The notes under the pieces are model-generated. The model made no database searches, was not told the origin of the DNA, and worked only from the letters and a program-made list of their open reading frames with translations. DNA of 64,000 nt from Thermoanaerobaculia bacterium (GTDB lineage Bacteria; Acidobacteriota; Thermoanaerobaculia; Multivoradales; UBA5704): contig DASYTJ010000026.1 in assembly GCA_036002325.1 (NCBI GenBank), forward strand, positions 2,416-66,415, in the 5' to 3' direction. Shown here piece by piece: positions 50,268 to 60,163 of this stretch (its first letter is position 1; every line of letters begins with the position of its first letter). Both the position numbers and the translations under genes were made by a program.

Positions 50268-51695
50268 TTGATCCAAGAACGCCACCGCAAGACGGCCGGC
50301 CTTTACCTCTTCACCGACCTCGCGTCGACGCTCGCGGCTTTTCTCGGCGCGTGGTTGCTGCGTTTCGAGGTGGAGGTCATTCCGGTCACCAAGAACGTGC
50401 CGGACTTCGGGCCGTACTTGCGCCTCGTGCCGTTCGTCCTCGTGCTCTGGCCGATGGTCTTCTACTTCCACGGCCTCTACCAGAGCCGGCGCGGCCGCAG
50501 CCGGGTCGACGAGGTGCTCACCATCGTTCTCGCCGTGCTTCTCGCCACCGTGCTGCTGTCGGTGGTCATCGCCTGGTACCGGCCGCCGGCGGCGCCCGGC
50601 AGCCCCGAGTACTTCACCTACAGCCGCGCCTTCCTTGGCCTCTTCGCGCTGGCGGATCTGGTGTTCGTCGCCGGAACGCGCATGGCGGTGCGCGAGGGCC
50701 TGCGGCGCGTCCGCAGCTCGGGCCACAACCTGCAGCGCATCCTCGTCGTCGGCGCCGGACTGCTGGGCCGCGAGATCACGACCAAGATCCTCGCTCACCG
50801 CGAGATGGGCTTCGAGGTCGTGGGGTTCCTCGACGACGACTCCGGCAAGGCGGGCACCACCATCTGCGGCGTTCCCGTCCTCGGCACGCTCCGCCAGGCC
50901 GAGGAGGTGCTGGCTGCGCAGCGCATCGATCAGGTTTTCATCACTCTGCCGCTCGAGGCGCACAAGAAGGTCCTGCAGCTCCTCGACCTCATGGCCCGCG
51001 AATGCGTCGAGATCAAGCTGGTGCCCGACATCCTCCAGTACGCGACGCTGAAGGCCGCGCTGGAGGACCTCGACGGCACGCCGGTGATCAATCTCTCGCA
51101 GGTGCCGCTGCAGGGCTGGAACAGCATGGTCAAGCGCGCGATGGACCTCGCCGTCGCCACCGCCGCGCTCATCGTGCTGCTCCCTCTCTTCCCCGTCCTC
51201 GCGCTCGCCATCTGGCTCGAGGACCGCGGCCCCGTGTTCTACCGCCAGGAGCGCATGGGGCTCGACGGCCGCCCGTTCATGATCCTCAAGTTCCGCTCCA
51301 TGCGCGTCAACGCCGAAGCGACCAGCGGGCCGGTGTGGGCGATCAAAGACGATCCCCGGCGCACCCACGTCGGCCGCATCCTGCGCCAGTGGTCGCTCGA
51401 TGAGCTGCCGCAGATCTGGAATGTGCTGACCGGCGACATGTCGATCATCGGCCCGCGGCCCGAGCGGCCGACTTTCGTGCGCGAGTTCAAGCACAAGATC
51501 CCGCGCTACATGCTGCGCCACCGCGTCAAGTCCGGCATCACCGGTTGGGCGCAAGTCCACGGTTGGCGCGGCAACACCTCGATCAAGAAGCGCATCCACT
51601 ACGACCTCTACTACATCCAGAACTGGTCGCTGTCGCTCGACTTCAAGATCCTCTGGATGACGCTGCGGCACGCGCTGCGGCTCAACGCCTACTAG
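50268..51695 (+). CDS. Exopolysaccharide-type polyprenyl glycosylphosphotransferase (priming sugar transferase)
   Basis: TTG 50268. N-terminal TM helices, a central Rossmann-like region (ILVVGAGLLG), and a C-terminal bacterial sugar transferase domain (KRAMDLAVATAALIVLLPLF, KFRSM, IIGPRPERP). Confidence 0.9.
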   Translation: MIQERHRKTAGLYLFTDLASTLAAFLGAWLLRFEVEVIPVTKNVPDFGPYLRLVPFVLVLWPMVFYFHGLYQSRRGRSRVDEVLTIVLAVLLATVLLSVVIAWYRPPAAPGSPEYFTYSRAFLGLFALADLVFVAGTRMAVREGLRRVRSSGHNLQRILVVGAGLLGREITTKILAHREMGFEVVGFLDDDSGKAGTTICGVPVLGTLRQAEEVLAAQRIDQVFITLPLEAHKKVLQLLDLMARECVEIKLVPDILQYATLKAALEDLDGTPVINLSQVPLQGWNSMVKRAMDLAVATAALIVLLPLFPVLALAIWLEDRGPVFYRQERMGLDGRPFMILKFRSMRVNAEATSGPVWAIKDDPRRTHVGRILRQWSLDELPQIWNVLTGDMSIIGPRPERPTFVREFKHKIPRYMLRHRVKSGITGWAQVHGWRGNTSIKKRIHYDLYYIQNWSLSLDFKILWMTLRHALRLNAY

Positions 51696-51866
51696 CCCTT
51701 CAAAGCGCGAACCCGCATCCAGCCTCATTTTGCGAGGCATGGCGCCGTCGCGCTCTTTCGTCCGCCGTGTGGCGGATGCGCTCGTGTCTCAAGTCGCGGA
51801 ACGCCTCTCGCGAACCGATTTTCGGGACTCTTGAAGCCGGCACAAAGGGTTGAGGCGTAAAACCCC

Positions 51867-51896
51867 TTGACGCCCAACATGTTGTGGGCGTACCCT
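51867..51896 (+). promoter_or_regulatory. Sigma-70-like promoter candidate for the histone-like gene
   Basis: TTGACG (51867-51872), an 18-nt spacer, then TACCCT (51891-51896). It overlaps the palindrome CGCCCAACATGTTGTGGGCG. Confidence 0.4.
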
Positions 51897-51949
51897 AATC
51901 ACATTATCTGCCCCACGCATGTGGGCACAACCAAGAAAGGAGACGGAGG

Positions 51950-52090
51950 ATGGCAACGAAGAAGAAGCCCGCGAAGAAGGCCGCGCCGAAGAAGGCCGCT
52001 GCGAAGAAGCCGGCTGCGAAGAAGGCCACGGCGAAGAAGAGCACTGCGAAGAAGACCACCGCGGCCAAGAAGGTCTCCGCGAAGAAGTAG
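51950..52090 (+). CDS. 46-aa Lys/Ala-rich histone H1-like nucleoid protein (not in the ORF track)
   Basis: AAAGGAGACGGAGG upstream of ATG 51950. MATKKKPAKKAAPKKAAAKKPAAKKATAKKSTAKKTTAAKKVSAKK, then TAG 52088-52090. Codons are almost all G/C-ending, unlike the two listed overlapping frames. Confidence 0.7.
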   Translation: MATKKKPAKKAAPKKAAAKKPAAKKATAKKSTAKKTTAAKKVSAKK

Positions 52091-52234
52091 CGAGTTCAGA
52101 TGCAAGGCGACGTTCTGGATCTTTCCGGGGGCGCTGTTTTCATGTCGGCTTCCCTTGTTTCCTTCCCCAGCGTCGCCCAGCACGATGCATCCGCCTGCGC
52201 CCCGTGGCGCGATCGTCGTGCCGGCTCTCAGCAG

Positions 52235-52981
52235 TCAACGCGCGGTGCTCAGCAGCCGCGCCGCAGCACCATCCACCAGCCACAACCGATTTCCTTCCAC
52301 CGCCTGCGCGGGATAGCGGTCCGGCTCGCGCTCCCCTTCGATCACCGTCCGTAACGCCGCCGCTTTCTCCGCGCCGCTGACGAGGAACAGCGTGCGCCGC
52401 GCGTGGTTCAGCGCCGGCGGCGTCAGCGTGATGCGGAAGGCTCGCTGCTCCTCCACCCACGGCGCCACCACCAGCCGCCGGCGCTCGCGGAGGGCGGCGC
52501 TGCCGGGAAAAAGCGACGCGGTGTGGGCGTCCTTGCCGAGACCGAGCAGCACGAGATCGAAGCGCGGCCATTCGCCCGGCGCCAGAGCGAAGAAGGAACG
52601 CAGCTCCGCTTGATAGAGCAACGCCGCGCGTTCGGCGTCGGCTTCTTCGGCCGCGATGCGGTGGATGTTCTCGGGCGGCACCGGAACGGCGTCGAGCATC
52701 GCCTCGCGCGCCATGCGGAAGTTGCTCTCCGGGTGATCGGGCGGCACGTGCCGCTCGTCGCCCCAGAAGAAATGCATCGCGTGCCATGGCAGGCACTCGC
52801 GGTAGGGATCGCCGGCCAGCAGCCGGTAAAGGCCGCGCGGCGTGGAGCCGCCGGACAGGCACCAGGTGAAACGATCGTTCTCGTCCGCAATCCGCCGGGC
52901 GCACGACGCGATCTCGTCGGCCGCCGCGCGCAAGAGCTCCGCGGCGTCGGTGAAGACGCGGATCTCGCTCAGCTCCGCCAC
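52235..52981 (-). CDS. pgl: 6-phosphogluconolactonase
   Basis: GTG 52981 overlaps the zwf 3' end. Motifs [24 protein letters not shown] and [15 protein letters not shown]. The track ORF is over-extended to 53461. Confidence 0.85.
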   Translation of the reverse strand: MAELSEIRVFTDAAELLRAAADEIASCARRIADENDRFTWCLSGGSTPRGLYRLLAGDPYRECLPWHAMHFFWGDERHVPPDHPESNFRMAREAMLDAVPVPPENIHRIAAEEADAERAALLYQAELRSFFALAPGEWPRFDLVLLGLGKDAHTASLFPGSAALRERRRLVVAPWVEEQRAFRITLTPPALNHARRTLFLVSGAEKAAALRTVIEGEREPDRYPAQAVEGNRLWLVDGAAARLLSTAR

Positions 52982-54510
52982 CGCCGCCCGTGCCGCTGGA
53001 TGAGCTCGTCGGTCTCTTTCGGTCCCCAGGTGCCGGCGGCGTAGTTGGGAAAGCTGCGCGGCGCGAGCGCCTGCCAGACGTCGAGGATCGGCGTCACCAC
53101 GCACCATCCCGCCTCCACCATGTCGCTGCGGTGGAAGAGCGTCGAGTCGCCCAGCATGCAGTCGTAGAGCAGCGTCTCGTAACCGGTGTGCGGCTGGCTG
53201 CCGAAGTAGTCGGCGTACTCGAACTCCATCTTCACCGTGCCCAGACGCACGACGGGGCCGGGCACCTTGCCTTCGAAGCGCAGCGAGATCCCCTCGTCCG
53301 GCTGGATGTGCAGCACCAGCAGATTCGGGTTCAGCCGCTCGACCGGCGTGTCGCGGAACAGCATGTGCGGCGCCTGCTTGAACTGGATGGCGATCTCGGT
53401 GACCCGCTTCGGCAGGCGCTTGCCGGTGCGGAGGTAGAACGGCACGTCGGCCCAGCGCCAACTGTCGACGAACAGCTCCAGCGCCACGAAGGTTTCGGTC
53501 GCGGAGCTCGGCGATACCGACTTCTCGGCGCGGTAGGCGGGCACGTGCTCGCCGTCCACCACGCCCTCGCCGTACTGGCCCCGCACGGTGTGGCGCAGCA
53601 CGTCCTCGGGCGAGAACGGGCGGATCGCCGAGAGCACCTTCACCCGCTCGTCGCGCACCGCGTCGGCGCCGAAAGAGACGGGCGGCTCCATGGCGGTGAA
53701 GGCGAGCAACTGGAACATGTGGTTCTGCACCATGTCGCGCAGCGCCCCGGCCTCCTCGTAATAGCCGCCGCGGCCCTCGACGCCCACCGTCTCGGCGACG
53801 GTGATCTGCACGTGATCGATGTAGCGACGGTTCCAGATAGGCTCGAAGATGCCGTTGGCGAAGCGGAACGCCATGATGTTCTGCACCGTCTCCTTGCCGA
53901 GGTAGTGATCGATGCGGTAGATCTGCCGTTCGCGCAGCACCTCGCGGATCTGGCGGTTCAGAGCGCGCGCGGACTCGAGGTCGTGCCCGAACGGTTTCTC
54001 GATGATCACGCGGCGCCAGCGCCCTTCCTCTTCCTTCATCAGGCCGGCGTCGCTGAGGCGGCGGATGTAGTCGCAGAAGACGCTCGGCGGCACGGCGAGG
54101 TAGTAGAGAACGTTGCCGGCGGTGCCCATCTCCTCGTCGAGCTTCGCCAGCGTGCGGCCCAGCCGCTCGAGGGATGCCGCGTCGTCCGCTTCACCGGTGA
54201 CATAGCGCAGCCGGCGCGTCAGCCACGCGACGCGCTCGCCTTCGACCTCGACGGTGGCGAAACGGCGCAGGTCCTCCTCCATCTGCCGGCAGAACTCGTC
54301 GTCGGACATCGGCGTGCGGCCGACGCCCACGACGGCGAGCTCTTCCGGCAGCAGGCGGTTGACGCTCAGGTTGTAGAGGGCCGGGATGAGCTTGCGTTTC
54401 GTCAGGTCGCCGGTGGCGCCGAAAATGACCATGGCGCACGGCGGCGCGGGCCGGGCCTGCCACTCGGCCGGCTGGCCTGCCCTCTCTTCGTCGGTCGCGG
54501 CGAGCGTCAT
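52969..54510 (-). CDS. zwf: Glucose-6-phosphate dehydrogenase
   Basis: ATG 54510 overlaps the gnd stop. Motifs [23 protein letters not shown] and RIDHYLGKE. Confidence 0.95.
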   Translation of the reverse strand: MTLAATDEERAGQPAEWQARPAPPCAMVIFGATGDLTKRKLIPALYNLSVNRLLPEELAVVGVGRTPMSDDEFCRQMEEDLRRFATVEVEGERVAWLTRRLRYVTGEADDAASLERLGRTLAKLDEEMGTAGNVLYYLAVPPSVFCDYIRRLSDAGLMKEEEGRWRRVIIEKPFGHDLESARALNRQIREVLRERQIYRIDHYLGKETVQNIMAFRFANGIFEPIWNRRYIDHVQITVAETVGVEGRGGYYEEAGALRDMVQNHMFQLLAFTAMEPPVSFGADAVRDERVKVLSAIRPFSPEDVLRHTVRGQYGEGVVDGEHVPAYRAEKSVSPSSATETFVALELFVDSWRWADVPFYLRTGKRLPKRVTEIAIQFKQAPHMLFRDTPVERLNPNLLVLHIQPDEGISLRFEGKVPGPVVRLGTVKMEFEYADYFGSQPHTGYETLLYDCMLGDSTLFHRSDMVEAGWCVVTPILDVWQALAPRSFPNYAAGTWGPKETDELIQRHGRRWRS

Positions 54511-55484
54511 CGCTTCGCCTCGACGTGGCCGCCGAATTTTTGGCGCATGGCGGAGAGCACCTTCTCCGCAAACGTGTGCTCCTGCCGGGAGCGGAAACGG
54601 TCGAAGAGCGACGATGCGAGCACGTGCACCGGCACCGCCTCCTCGATGGCGGCCTGGATCGTCCACCGGCCCTCGCCCGAATCCTGCACGAAGCCGGTGT
54701 ACTCGGCGAGCTCCGGGCTTTCGGCGAGCGCGCTCGCGGTCAGGTCGAGCAACCAGGAGGAGACGACGCTGCCGCGCCGCCAAAGCTCCGCGATGTCGGC
54801 GAGGTCGAGCTCGTAACGGTGCTCCGCCGGGAGATTCTGCGAGGCGGCGTTGCGAAAGATGTCGAAGCCCTCGGCGTAGGCCTGCATCAGGCCATATTCG
54901 ATGCCGTTGTGAACCATCTTCACGAAATGTCCGGCGCCGGCCGGGCCGCAGTGCAGGTACCCTTCCTCGGCCGTGCTCTTCCTCCCCTCGCGGCCCGACG
55001 CCGGCGGGAGATTGCCGCGGCCGGGAGAGAGCGTCTGCCAGATCGGACCGAGCCTTGCGACCACCTCGCGTTCGCCGCCGATCATCAGACAGTAGCCCCG
55101 CTCCAGTCCCCAGACGCCGCCGCTCGTGCCGGCGTCGACGTAATGGATCCCCTTCTCCGCCAGCTCCCGGGCGCGCCGCGCGTCGTCCTTGAAATGGGAG
55201 TTGCCGCCGTCGACGATCACGTCTCCCTTTTCCAGCCGCTCGCTCAGCTCGCGCACCATGGCTTCGGTGGGCTCGCCCGCCGGCACCATCAGCCACGCGA
55301 TACGCGGCGGCCGCAGCCGCGACACGAATTCATCGAGCGTGCCGGAGCCCGCGGAACCCTCTGCCACCAGCTCCGCAACGGCGTTCGGGTTCAGGTCGTA
55401 GACGACGCACTCGTGCCCGCCGCGGAGCAGCCGCCGCACCATGTTGCCCCCCATGCGGCCGAGACCGATCATGCCGATCTGCAT
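54507..55484 (-). CDS. gnd: 6-phosphogluconate dehydrogenase (decarboxylating), short GndA/YqeC-like form
   Basis: GAGGAGGAAG upstream of ATG 55484. [35 protein letters not shown] and [13 protein letters not shown]. Confidence 0.9.
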   Translation of the reverse strand: MQIGMIGLGRMGGNMVRRLLRGGHECVVYDLNPNAVAELVAEGSAGSGTLDEFVSRLRPPRIAWLMVPAGEPTEAMVRELSERLEKGDVIVDGGNSHFKDDARRARELAEKGIHYVDAGTSGGVWGLERGYCLMIGGEREVVARLGPIWQTLSPGRGNLPPASGREGRKSTAEEGYLHCGPAGAGHFVKMVHNGIEYGLMQAYAEGFDIFRNAASQNLPAEHRYELDLADIAELWRRGSVVSSWLLDLTASALAESPELAEYTGFVQDSGEGRWTIQAAIEEAVPVHVLASSLFDRFRSRQEHTFAEKVLSAMRQKFGGHVEAKR

Positions 55485-55574
55485 CGCTTCCTCCTCTATG
55501 ACAGTCTATACCTGTGTGCTGAGGCGGACAGGCCCCGGCTTTGCAGGGCACCTCGACACAAGGGAGGAACGGGC

Positions 55575-56282
55575 ATGGGCAAGATCGAGATCATCAAGGG
55601 CAGGCTCGGCACGGCCGCGGCTGGCGTTCTTTTGATTCTTTCGGCGGTCCCCGGTCACGCCGAGGTTGCGATCGCCGGCAAAGCCGGCACGCTGGGAGCC
55701 GGCGCCGAGGTGACGGTGGGCCTCTCGCGGCAATTGAACGCCCGGCTCGGCGTCAACGGCTACAGCTACTCGGACCGCCGCGAAGCGAGCGGCATCGAGT
55801 ACGACGGCGAGGCCAAGCTCCGCACCGGCACGGCTCTGCTCGACTGGCATCCTGGAGGCGGCGGCTTCCGCCTCACCGGCGGGGCGGTCTACAACGACAC
55901 CACGATCGAGGGCACCAGCATTCCGCCCGCCTCGGGGATCTACAACATCGGCGGCGTTCCGGTGCCGGTCTCCTTCGTGCGCACGCTGAACGCCAAGGCC
56001 GATTTCGATCCAGTCGTTCCCTACGCCGGGCTCGGCTGGGGCAACGCGGTGGCCCCTGACAAGAAGCTCGGCTTCTTTATCGATCTCGGAGTGATCTTCC
56101 AGGGCAAGGCGGACGTGACGCTGACGCCGAACATCCCCGCCGACAGCCCGATCAACACGACGCCGGGAGCCCGGGAGGCACTGGACATCCTGCTGCGGCG
56201 CGAGGAGCAGGACCTGGAAGAGGACGCCGCGGACTACGATCTGTATCCGGTGTTGTCGATCGGATTGTCGTACAAGTTTTGA
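55575..56282 (+). CDS. Small outer-membrane beta-barrel protein
   Basis: GGGAGGAA upstream of ATG 55575. Signal AAGVLLILSAVPGHA. Alternating beta-strand pattern. The C-terminus LSIGLSYKF ends in Phe. Confidence 0.75.
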   Translation: MGKIEIIKGRLGTAAAGVLLILSAVPGHAEVAIAGKAGTLGAGAEVTVGLSRQLNARLGVNGYSYSDRREASGIEYDGEAKLRTGTALLDWHPGGGGFRLTGGAVYNDTTIEGTSIPPASGIYNIGGVPVPVSFVRTLNAKADFDPVVPYAGLGWGNAVAPDKKLGFFIDLGVIFQGKADVTLTPNIPADSPINTTPGAREALDILLRREEQDLEEDAADYDLYPVLSIGLSYKF

Positions 56283-56285
56283 GGA

Positions 56286-57836
56286 TCACTCGTAGTGTCG
56301 GACCCGCGGCCATAGCTCCCGTACGGGCATCTTCAGGCCGCGGCAAACGTAGACCGGATCGCGGTCCTCGTAAGGCATGCAGCGGCCGCAGCGGATCTCG
56401 CCCGCTCGCTGCAGATCGGCGCAGACGGCGCGGTTGTCCTCCTCGTCGCCGCCGATGACGATGATCACGTTCCTGCTTTCCTCAGGTGGCCCCCACAGAA
56501 AGTAGCTGTTGTGGCCGCTGATCGCGCCGGGCAGTCCGTAGGCACGGCCCAGGACATCCACCGCGCCGGCCTCGCCGTAGTTCTGGCCGAAGACCGTGGC
56601 CCGCGCCTGCTCGGCCGGGGTCAGCGTGCGATGGACGCGAGCCACCTCGGCCACCATCTCCGGCCAGCCGTGCATGTCGGCGAAGTACTGCGGCAGATCT
56701 CCCATCCGGTGCCTCTCGTCGGAGCCCGGCCGCAGCCCCAGGACGCTCTGATAGCGGAGGAACGATTCGATCGGCAGGACCGGCAGCACCAGGGGAGCCG
56801 TCAGCGCGCCGCCGGCGACGAGCAACAGAACGATCGTTCCGGCGAGAGCCGGCCTGAGCCAAGCCTGGTGTAAACGTGCGAGCCTGCCTTCGATCGCCGT
56901 GCCTCCCGCCGCGAACAGCACCGGGTAAGCCGGAGCGAGGTAGTAGGGCTTGGAGTGCTGCGTCAGGAGCACGGCGAGGGCGGTCACGTAGATCCAACCG
57001 AGCGGCCGAAACGTCCGGCCCTGGCGGGAGAACAGCAACCAGCCAAGCCCTGACAACCAGACCGGCAAGGTCAGCGGATGCATCTGCCGCACCTGCTCGG
57101 CGAGGAACGCGAGCGGCGAGAACGCGACGTTCTTGTGGGCTTCAGCGTTGCGAATGAACTCCAGCGTCGGCCAGCCGTGAGCCACCTCCCAAAGAATGTT
57201 GGGCAGGAAGAGGAGAGCCGCGACCGCGCCGCCCAACCAGATCCATGGCGAACGCAGCGCTCGCCGCTCCGGCGTGAGCAGCACTCCTACGAACACCCCG
57301 AGGCCGAAGAAGAGCATGCTGTGCTTGTTCTCCAACCCCAGGCCGGCGACGACGCCGAACAGCAGCCAGAGCTTCGGGTTCCCCGTCTTCACGATGCGCG
57401 CGACGACCAGGGTCCCGAGCGTCCAGAAGAGGAGGTCGAAGACGTTCATCGAAAAGATGTGGAAGCTGAAGAGGTAGACCGGCACGATCAGCACGCATAG
57501 CGCGGCGAGCCCCTGGGCGAAGAGCCCGCCGCCCAGCTCGCGGGCGAGCCGGCCGGTAAGGTAGATGACCACGGCCCCCGTCAAGGCCGAAACGAGCCGC
57601 AGCGCCACCAGTGAATCGCCGAAGACCGCGGTGACCAGGCGCGCCACCAGCGCCACGAAGGGCGGGTGATCCACGTAGCCGAAGTCGAGGTGCCGGCCGC
57701 AGACGACATAGTAGAACTCGTCGCGGAACCAGCCGTAGGAGCGGAGGCAGAGAAGGTGAAGCCCGACGCCGGCGAGGGCGATACAACCCAGGAGCAGGTC
57801 GCTCCGGCGCTGCGTGCTAAGCTCCCGTGCCGCCAT
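56286..57836 (-). CDS. Glycosyltransferase family 39 (ArnT/PMT-like) membrane protein
   Basis: ATG 57836. GT39-type first loop SYGWFRDEFYYVVCGRHLDFGYVDHPPFVAL. Multiple TM helices. Confidence 0.8.
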   Translation of the reverse strand: MAARELSTQRRSDLLLGCIALAGVGLHLLCLRSYGWFRDEFYYVVCGRHLDFGYVDHPPFVALVARLVTAVFGDSLVALRLVSALTGAVVIYLTGRLARELGGGLFAQGLAALCVLIVPVYLFSFHIFSMNVFDLLFWTLGTLVVARIVKTGNPKLWLLFGVVAGLGLENKHSMLFFGLGVFVGVLLTPERRALRSPWIWLGGAVAALLFLPNILWEVAHGWPTLEFIRNAEAHKNVAFSPLAFLAEQVRQMHPLTLPVWLSGLGWLLFSRQGRTFRPLGWIYVTALAVLLTQHSKPYYLAPAYPVLFAAGGTAIEGRLARLHQAWLRPALAGTIVLLLVAGGALTAPLVLPVLPIESFLRYQSVLGLRPGSDERHRMGDLPQYFADMHGWPEMVAEVARVHRTLTPAEQARATVFGQNYGEAGAVDVLGRAYGLPGAISGHNSYFLWGPPEESRNVIIVIGGDEEDNRAVCADLQRAGEIRCGRCMPYEDRDPVYVCRGLKMPVRELWPRVRHYE

Positions 57837-59142
57837 GATGCGACGCCTCCTTTCGCTAACGACCGCGCTTCTGCTGGCCGGCTGCGCCACACGCGCGACC
57901 GCGCCCACCGCCGGGGACCATGACCCGATGAACCGTATCGCCGAATCCTATGCCAAGCTGGTGCTCGCCGTCGGGCAGCACGACGCCGATTACGTGGACG
58001 CCTACTATGGTCCGCCGGAGTGGCGGACGGAGGCCGAGGCGCGCAAACGTCCGCTGCCCGAGATCCGCGCCGAAGCCGAAACGCTGATCGCGGACCTGCA
58101 GGCCCATCCGCAGAGCGGCGACGAGATGGTCCGGCTTCGCTACCAGTACCTCGTACGTCAGCTCCAGTCGATGGTTTCCCGCATCGACATGCTGGCGGGC
58201 AAGAAGCTGACCTTCGACGAAGAGTCCCAGGCGCTCTACGACGCCGTGGCCCCTCATCACGACGCCGCGCACTTCCAGCGCATCCTCGATCAGCTCGAGA
58301 AGGTCGTGCCCGGCGACGGGCCGCTCTCGCAGCGCGTCGAGGCGCTCCGGCAGCAGATCGTCATTCCACGCGACCGGCTGGACGCCGTGTTCAAGGCCGC
58401 CATCGATGAGTGCCGGCGCCGCACGCTGCAGCACGTTGAGCTGCCGCCCGGCGAAAGCTTCGTCGTCGAGTACGTCACCAACAAGTCCTGGAGCGGCTAC
58501 AACTGGTACAAAGGCGGCTTCCACAGCCTGATTCAGGTCAATACGGACCTGCCGATTTTCATTGACCGGGCCATCGACCTCGCCTGCCACGAGGGCTATC
58601 CGGGCCACCACGTCTACAACTCGCTGCTCGAGAAGCATCTCGTGCGCGACCGCGGCTGGCCCGAGTTCTCGGTCTACGCTCTCTTCTCGCCGCAGTCGCT
58701 GATCGCGGAAGGCACGGCCAACTTCGGTATCGAAGTGGCCTTCCCCGGAGACGAACGGACCGCCTTCGAACGCGAGCGGCTCTATCCGCTGGCCGGGATC
58801 GATCCCGCCAAGGCGGCCACCTACGCCGAGGTCCAGCGCCTTCTCCAGGGGTTGAGCTACGCCGGCAACGAGGCGGCCCGGCGCTATCTCGACGGCGAGA
58901 TCTCCCGCGCGGACGCCGAGGCCTGGCTCGTGCGCTACGCCCTCATGTCGCCCGAGCGGGCGGCGCAGCGCGTCCGCTTCATGGACCAGTACCGGAGCTA
59001 CGTGATCAATTACAACCTCGGCCAGGATCTCGTGCGGCAGTACGTCGAGAGCCGGGGCGGCACCGCGGAGCAGCCGGCAAAGCGGTGGGAGGAATTCGCG
59101 AAGCTGATCTCCTCGCCGCGGCTGCCCTCGGGATTGCAGTAG
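57835..59142 (+). CDS. DUF885-like lipoprotein with an HExxPGHH motif
   Basis: MMRRLLSLTTALLLAGC lipobox. CHEGYPGHHVYNSL. The start could be ATG 57835/57838 or GTG 57814. Confidence 0.65.
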   Translation: MMRRLLSLTTALLLAGCATRATAPTAGDHDPMNRIAESYAKLVLAVGQHDADYVDAYYGPPEWRTEAEARKRPLPEIRAEAETLIADLQAHPQSGDEMVRLRYQYLVRQLQSMVSRIDMLAGKKLTFDEESQALYDAVAPHHDAAHFQRILDQLEKVVPGDGPLSQRVEALRQQIVIPRDRLDAVFKAAIDECRRRTLQHVELPPGESFVVEYVTNKSWSGYNWYKGGFHSLIQVNTDLPIFIDRAIDLACHEGYPGHHVYNSLLEKHLVRDRGWPEFSVYALFSPQSLIAEGTANFGIEVAFPGDERTAFERERLYPLAGIDPAKAATYAEVQRLLQGLSYAGNEAARRYLDGEISRADAEAWLVRYALMSPERAAQRVRFMDQYRSYVINYNLGQDLVRQYVESRGGTAEQPAKRWEEFAKLISSPRLPSGLQ

Positions 59143-59148
59143 TCCCGG

Positions 59149-59286
59149 CCACCGAAGCTTCCAACGGGCCACCGAAGCTTACGACGGGCCACCGAAGCTT
59201 CCAACGAGCCACCGAAGCTTCGGCGAGCCACCGAAGCTTCGGCGCGCCACCGAAGCTTCCGACGGGCCACCGAAGCTTACGACGGG
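59149..59286. repeat. Seven tandem copies of a 19-20 bp unit CCACCGAAGCTT-N7/8
   Basis: Units start at 59149, 59169, 59189, 59209, 59228, 59247 and 59267. The 12-nt core is invariant. Two units form the CCGAAGCTTCGG palindrome. The array is intergenic. Confidence 0.9.
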
Positions 59287-59321
59287 CTGGCCTTTGAGGT
59301 GCCGCGATATAGGATCGGAGG

Positions 59322-60161
59322 ATGAACGACGCGACCTCTTCCCAATCTTCCGCCGTCGCCACCTTCCGCGCGTTGCACGAGTCCGGCTGCTTCGTCCTGC
59401 CCAACCCGTGGGACGCGGGAACGGCCGTCTACCTCGAGCATCTCGGGTTCAAGGCCCTCGCCACCACCTCCGCGGGCGCCGCTTTCACCCGCGGTCTGCC
59501 GGACGGCGCCGTTTCTCTCGACGCCATGCTCGCGCACTTCCGCGAGATCGTGGCGGCGACGGCGCTGCCCGTGAACGCGGACTTCCAGGCGGGGTACGCG
59601 GACGAGCCTGAAGGCGTCGCCGCGAACGTGGCGCGCTGCATCGAGACCGGCGTCGCCGGACTGTCGATCGAGGATTCGACCGGCGACAGCGCGAAGCCCC
59701 TTTATGAATTCAGCCTGGCGGTCGAACGCGTCAAGGCCGCTCGCACCGCCATCGATGCCGCGGGCGTCCCGGTGGTCCTCACCGCGCGCTGCGAAGCCTG
59801 GCTGGTTGGGTATCCCGATCCCGCCCGCACGGCGCGCGAGCGGCTCGTCGCCTTCGCCGAGGCCGGCGCCGACTGTCTCTATGCTCCCGGACTCCGCGAG
59901 CCGGAGGAGATCGCGGCGATCGTCAAGGCAGTCTCTCCGCAGCCGGTCAACGTGTTGGCGTTCAGGGCGAACCGCACGCTCACGGTTTCTCAGCTTGCGG
60001 ATCTCGGTGTTCGCCGCATCTCCGTCGGCTCGTCCTTGGCAAGAGTTGCGTGGGGCGCCTTCGTCCGCGCCGCGCGCAACATCGCGACCGCGGGCACGTT
60101 CGAAGACTTCGCGGATACGGCTTCCTCCGAGATCGACGCGGTCTTCGCGAAGCGAGGATAA
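59322..60161 (+). CDS. Isocitrate lyase/PEP mutase superfamily protein (2-methylisocitrate lyase / oxaloacetate decarboxylase-like)
   Basis: FRALHESGCFVLPNPWDAGTAVYLEHLGFKALATTSAG and GLSIEDS. Confidence 0.8.
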   Translation: MNDATSSQSSAVATFRALHESGCFVLPNPWDAGTAVYLEHLGFKALATTSAGAAFTRGLPDGAVSLDAMLAHFREIVAATALPVNADFQAGYADEPEGVAANVARCIETGVAGLSIEDSTGDSAKPLYEFSLAVERVKAARTAIDAAGVPVVLTARCEAWLVGYPDPARTARERLVAFAEAGADCLYAPGLREPEEIAAIVKAVSPQPVNVLAFRANRTLTVSQLADLGVRRISVGSSLARVAWGAFVRAARNIATAGTFEDFADTASSEIDAVFAKRG

Positions 60162-60163
60162 TC

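Noticed and set aside
59149-59286. Possible CRISPR array.
   Set aside because: The period is only 19-20 bp. The variable part is 7-8 nt, far too short for spacers. No cas genes or leader are present. It is a tandem repeat.
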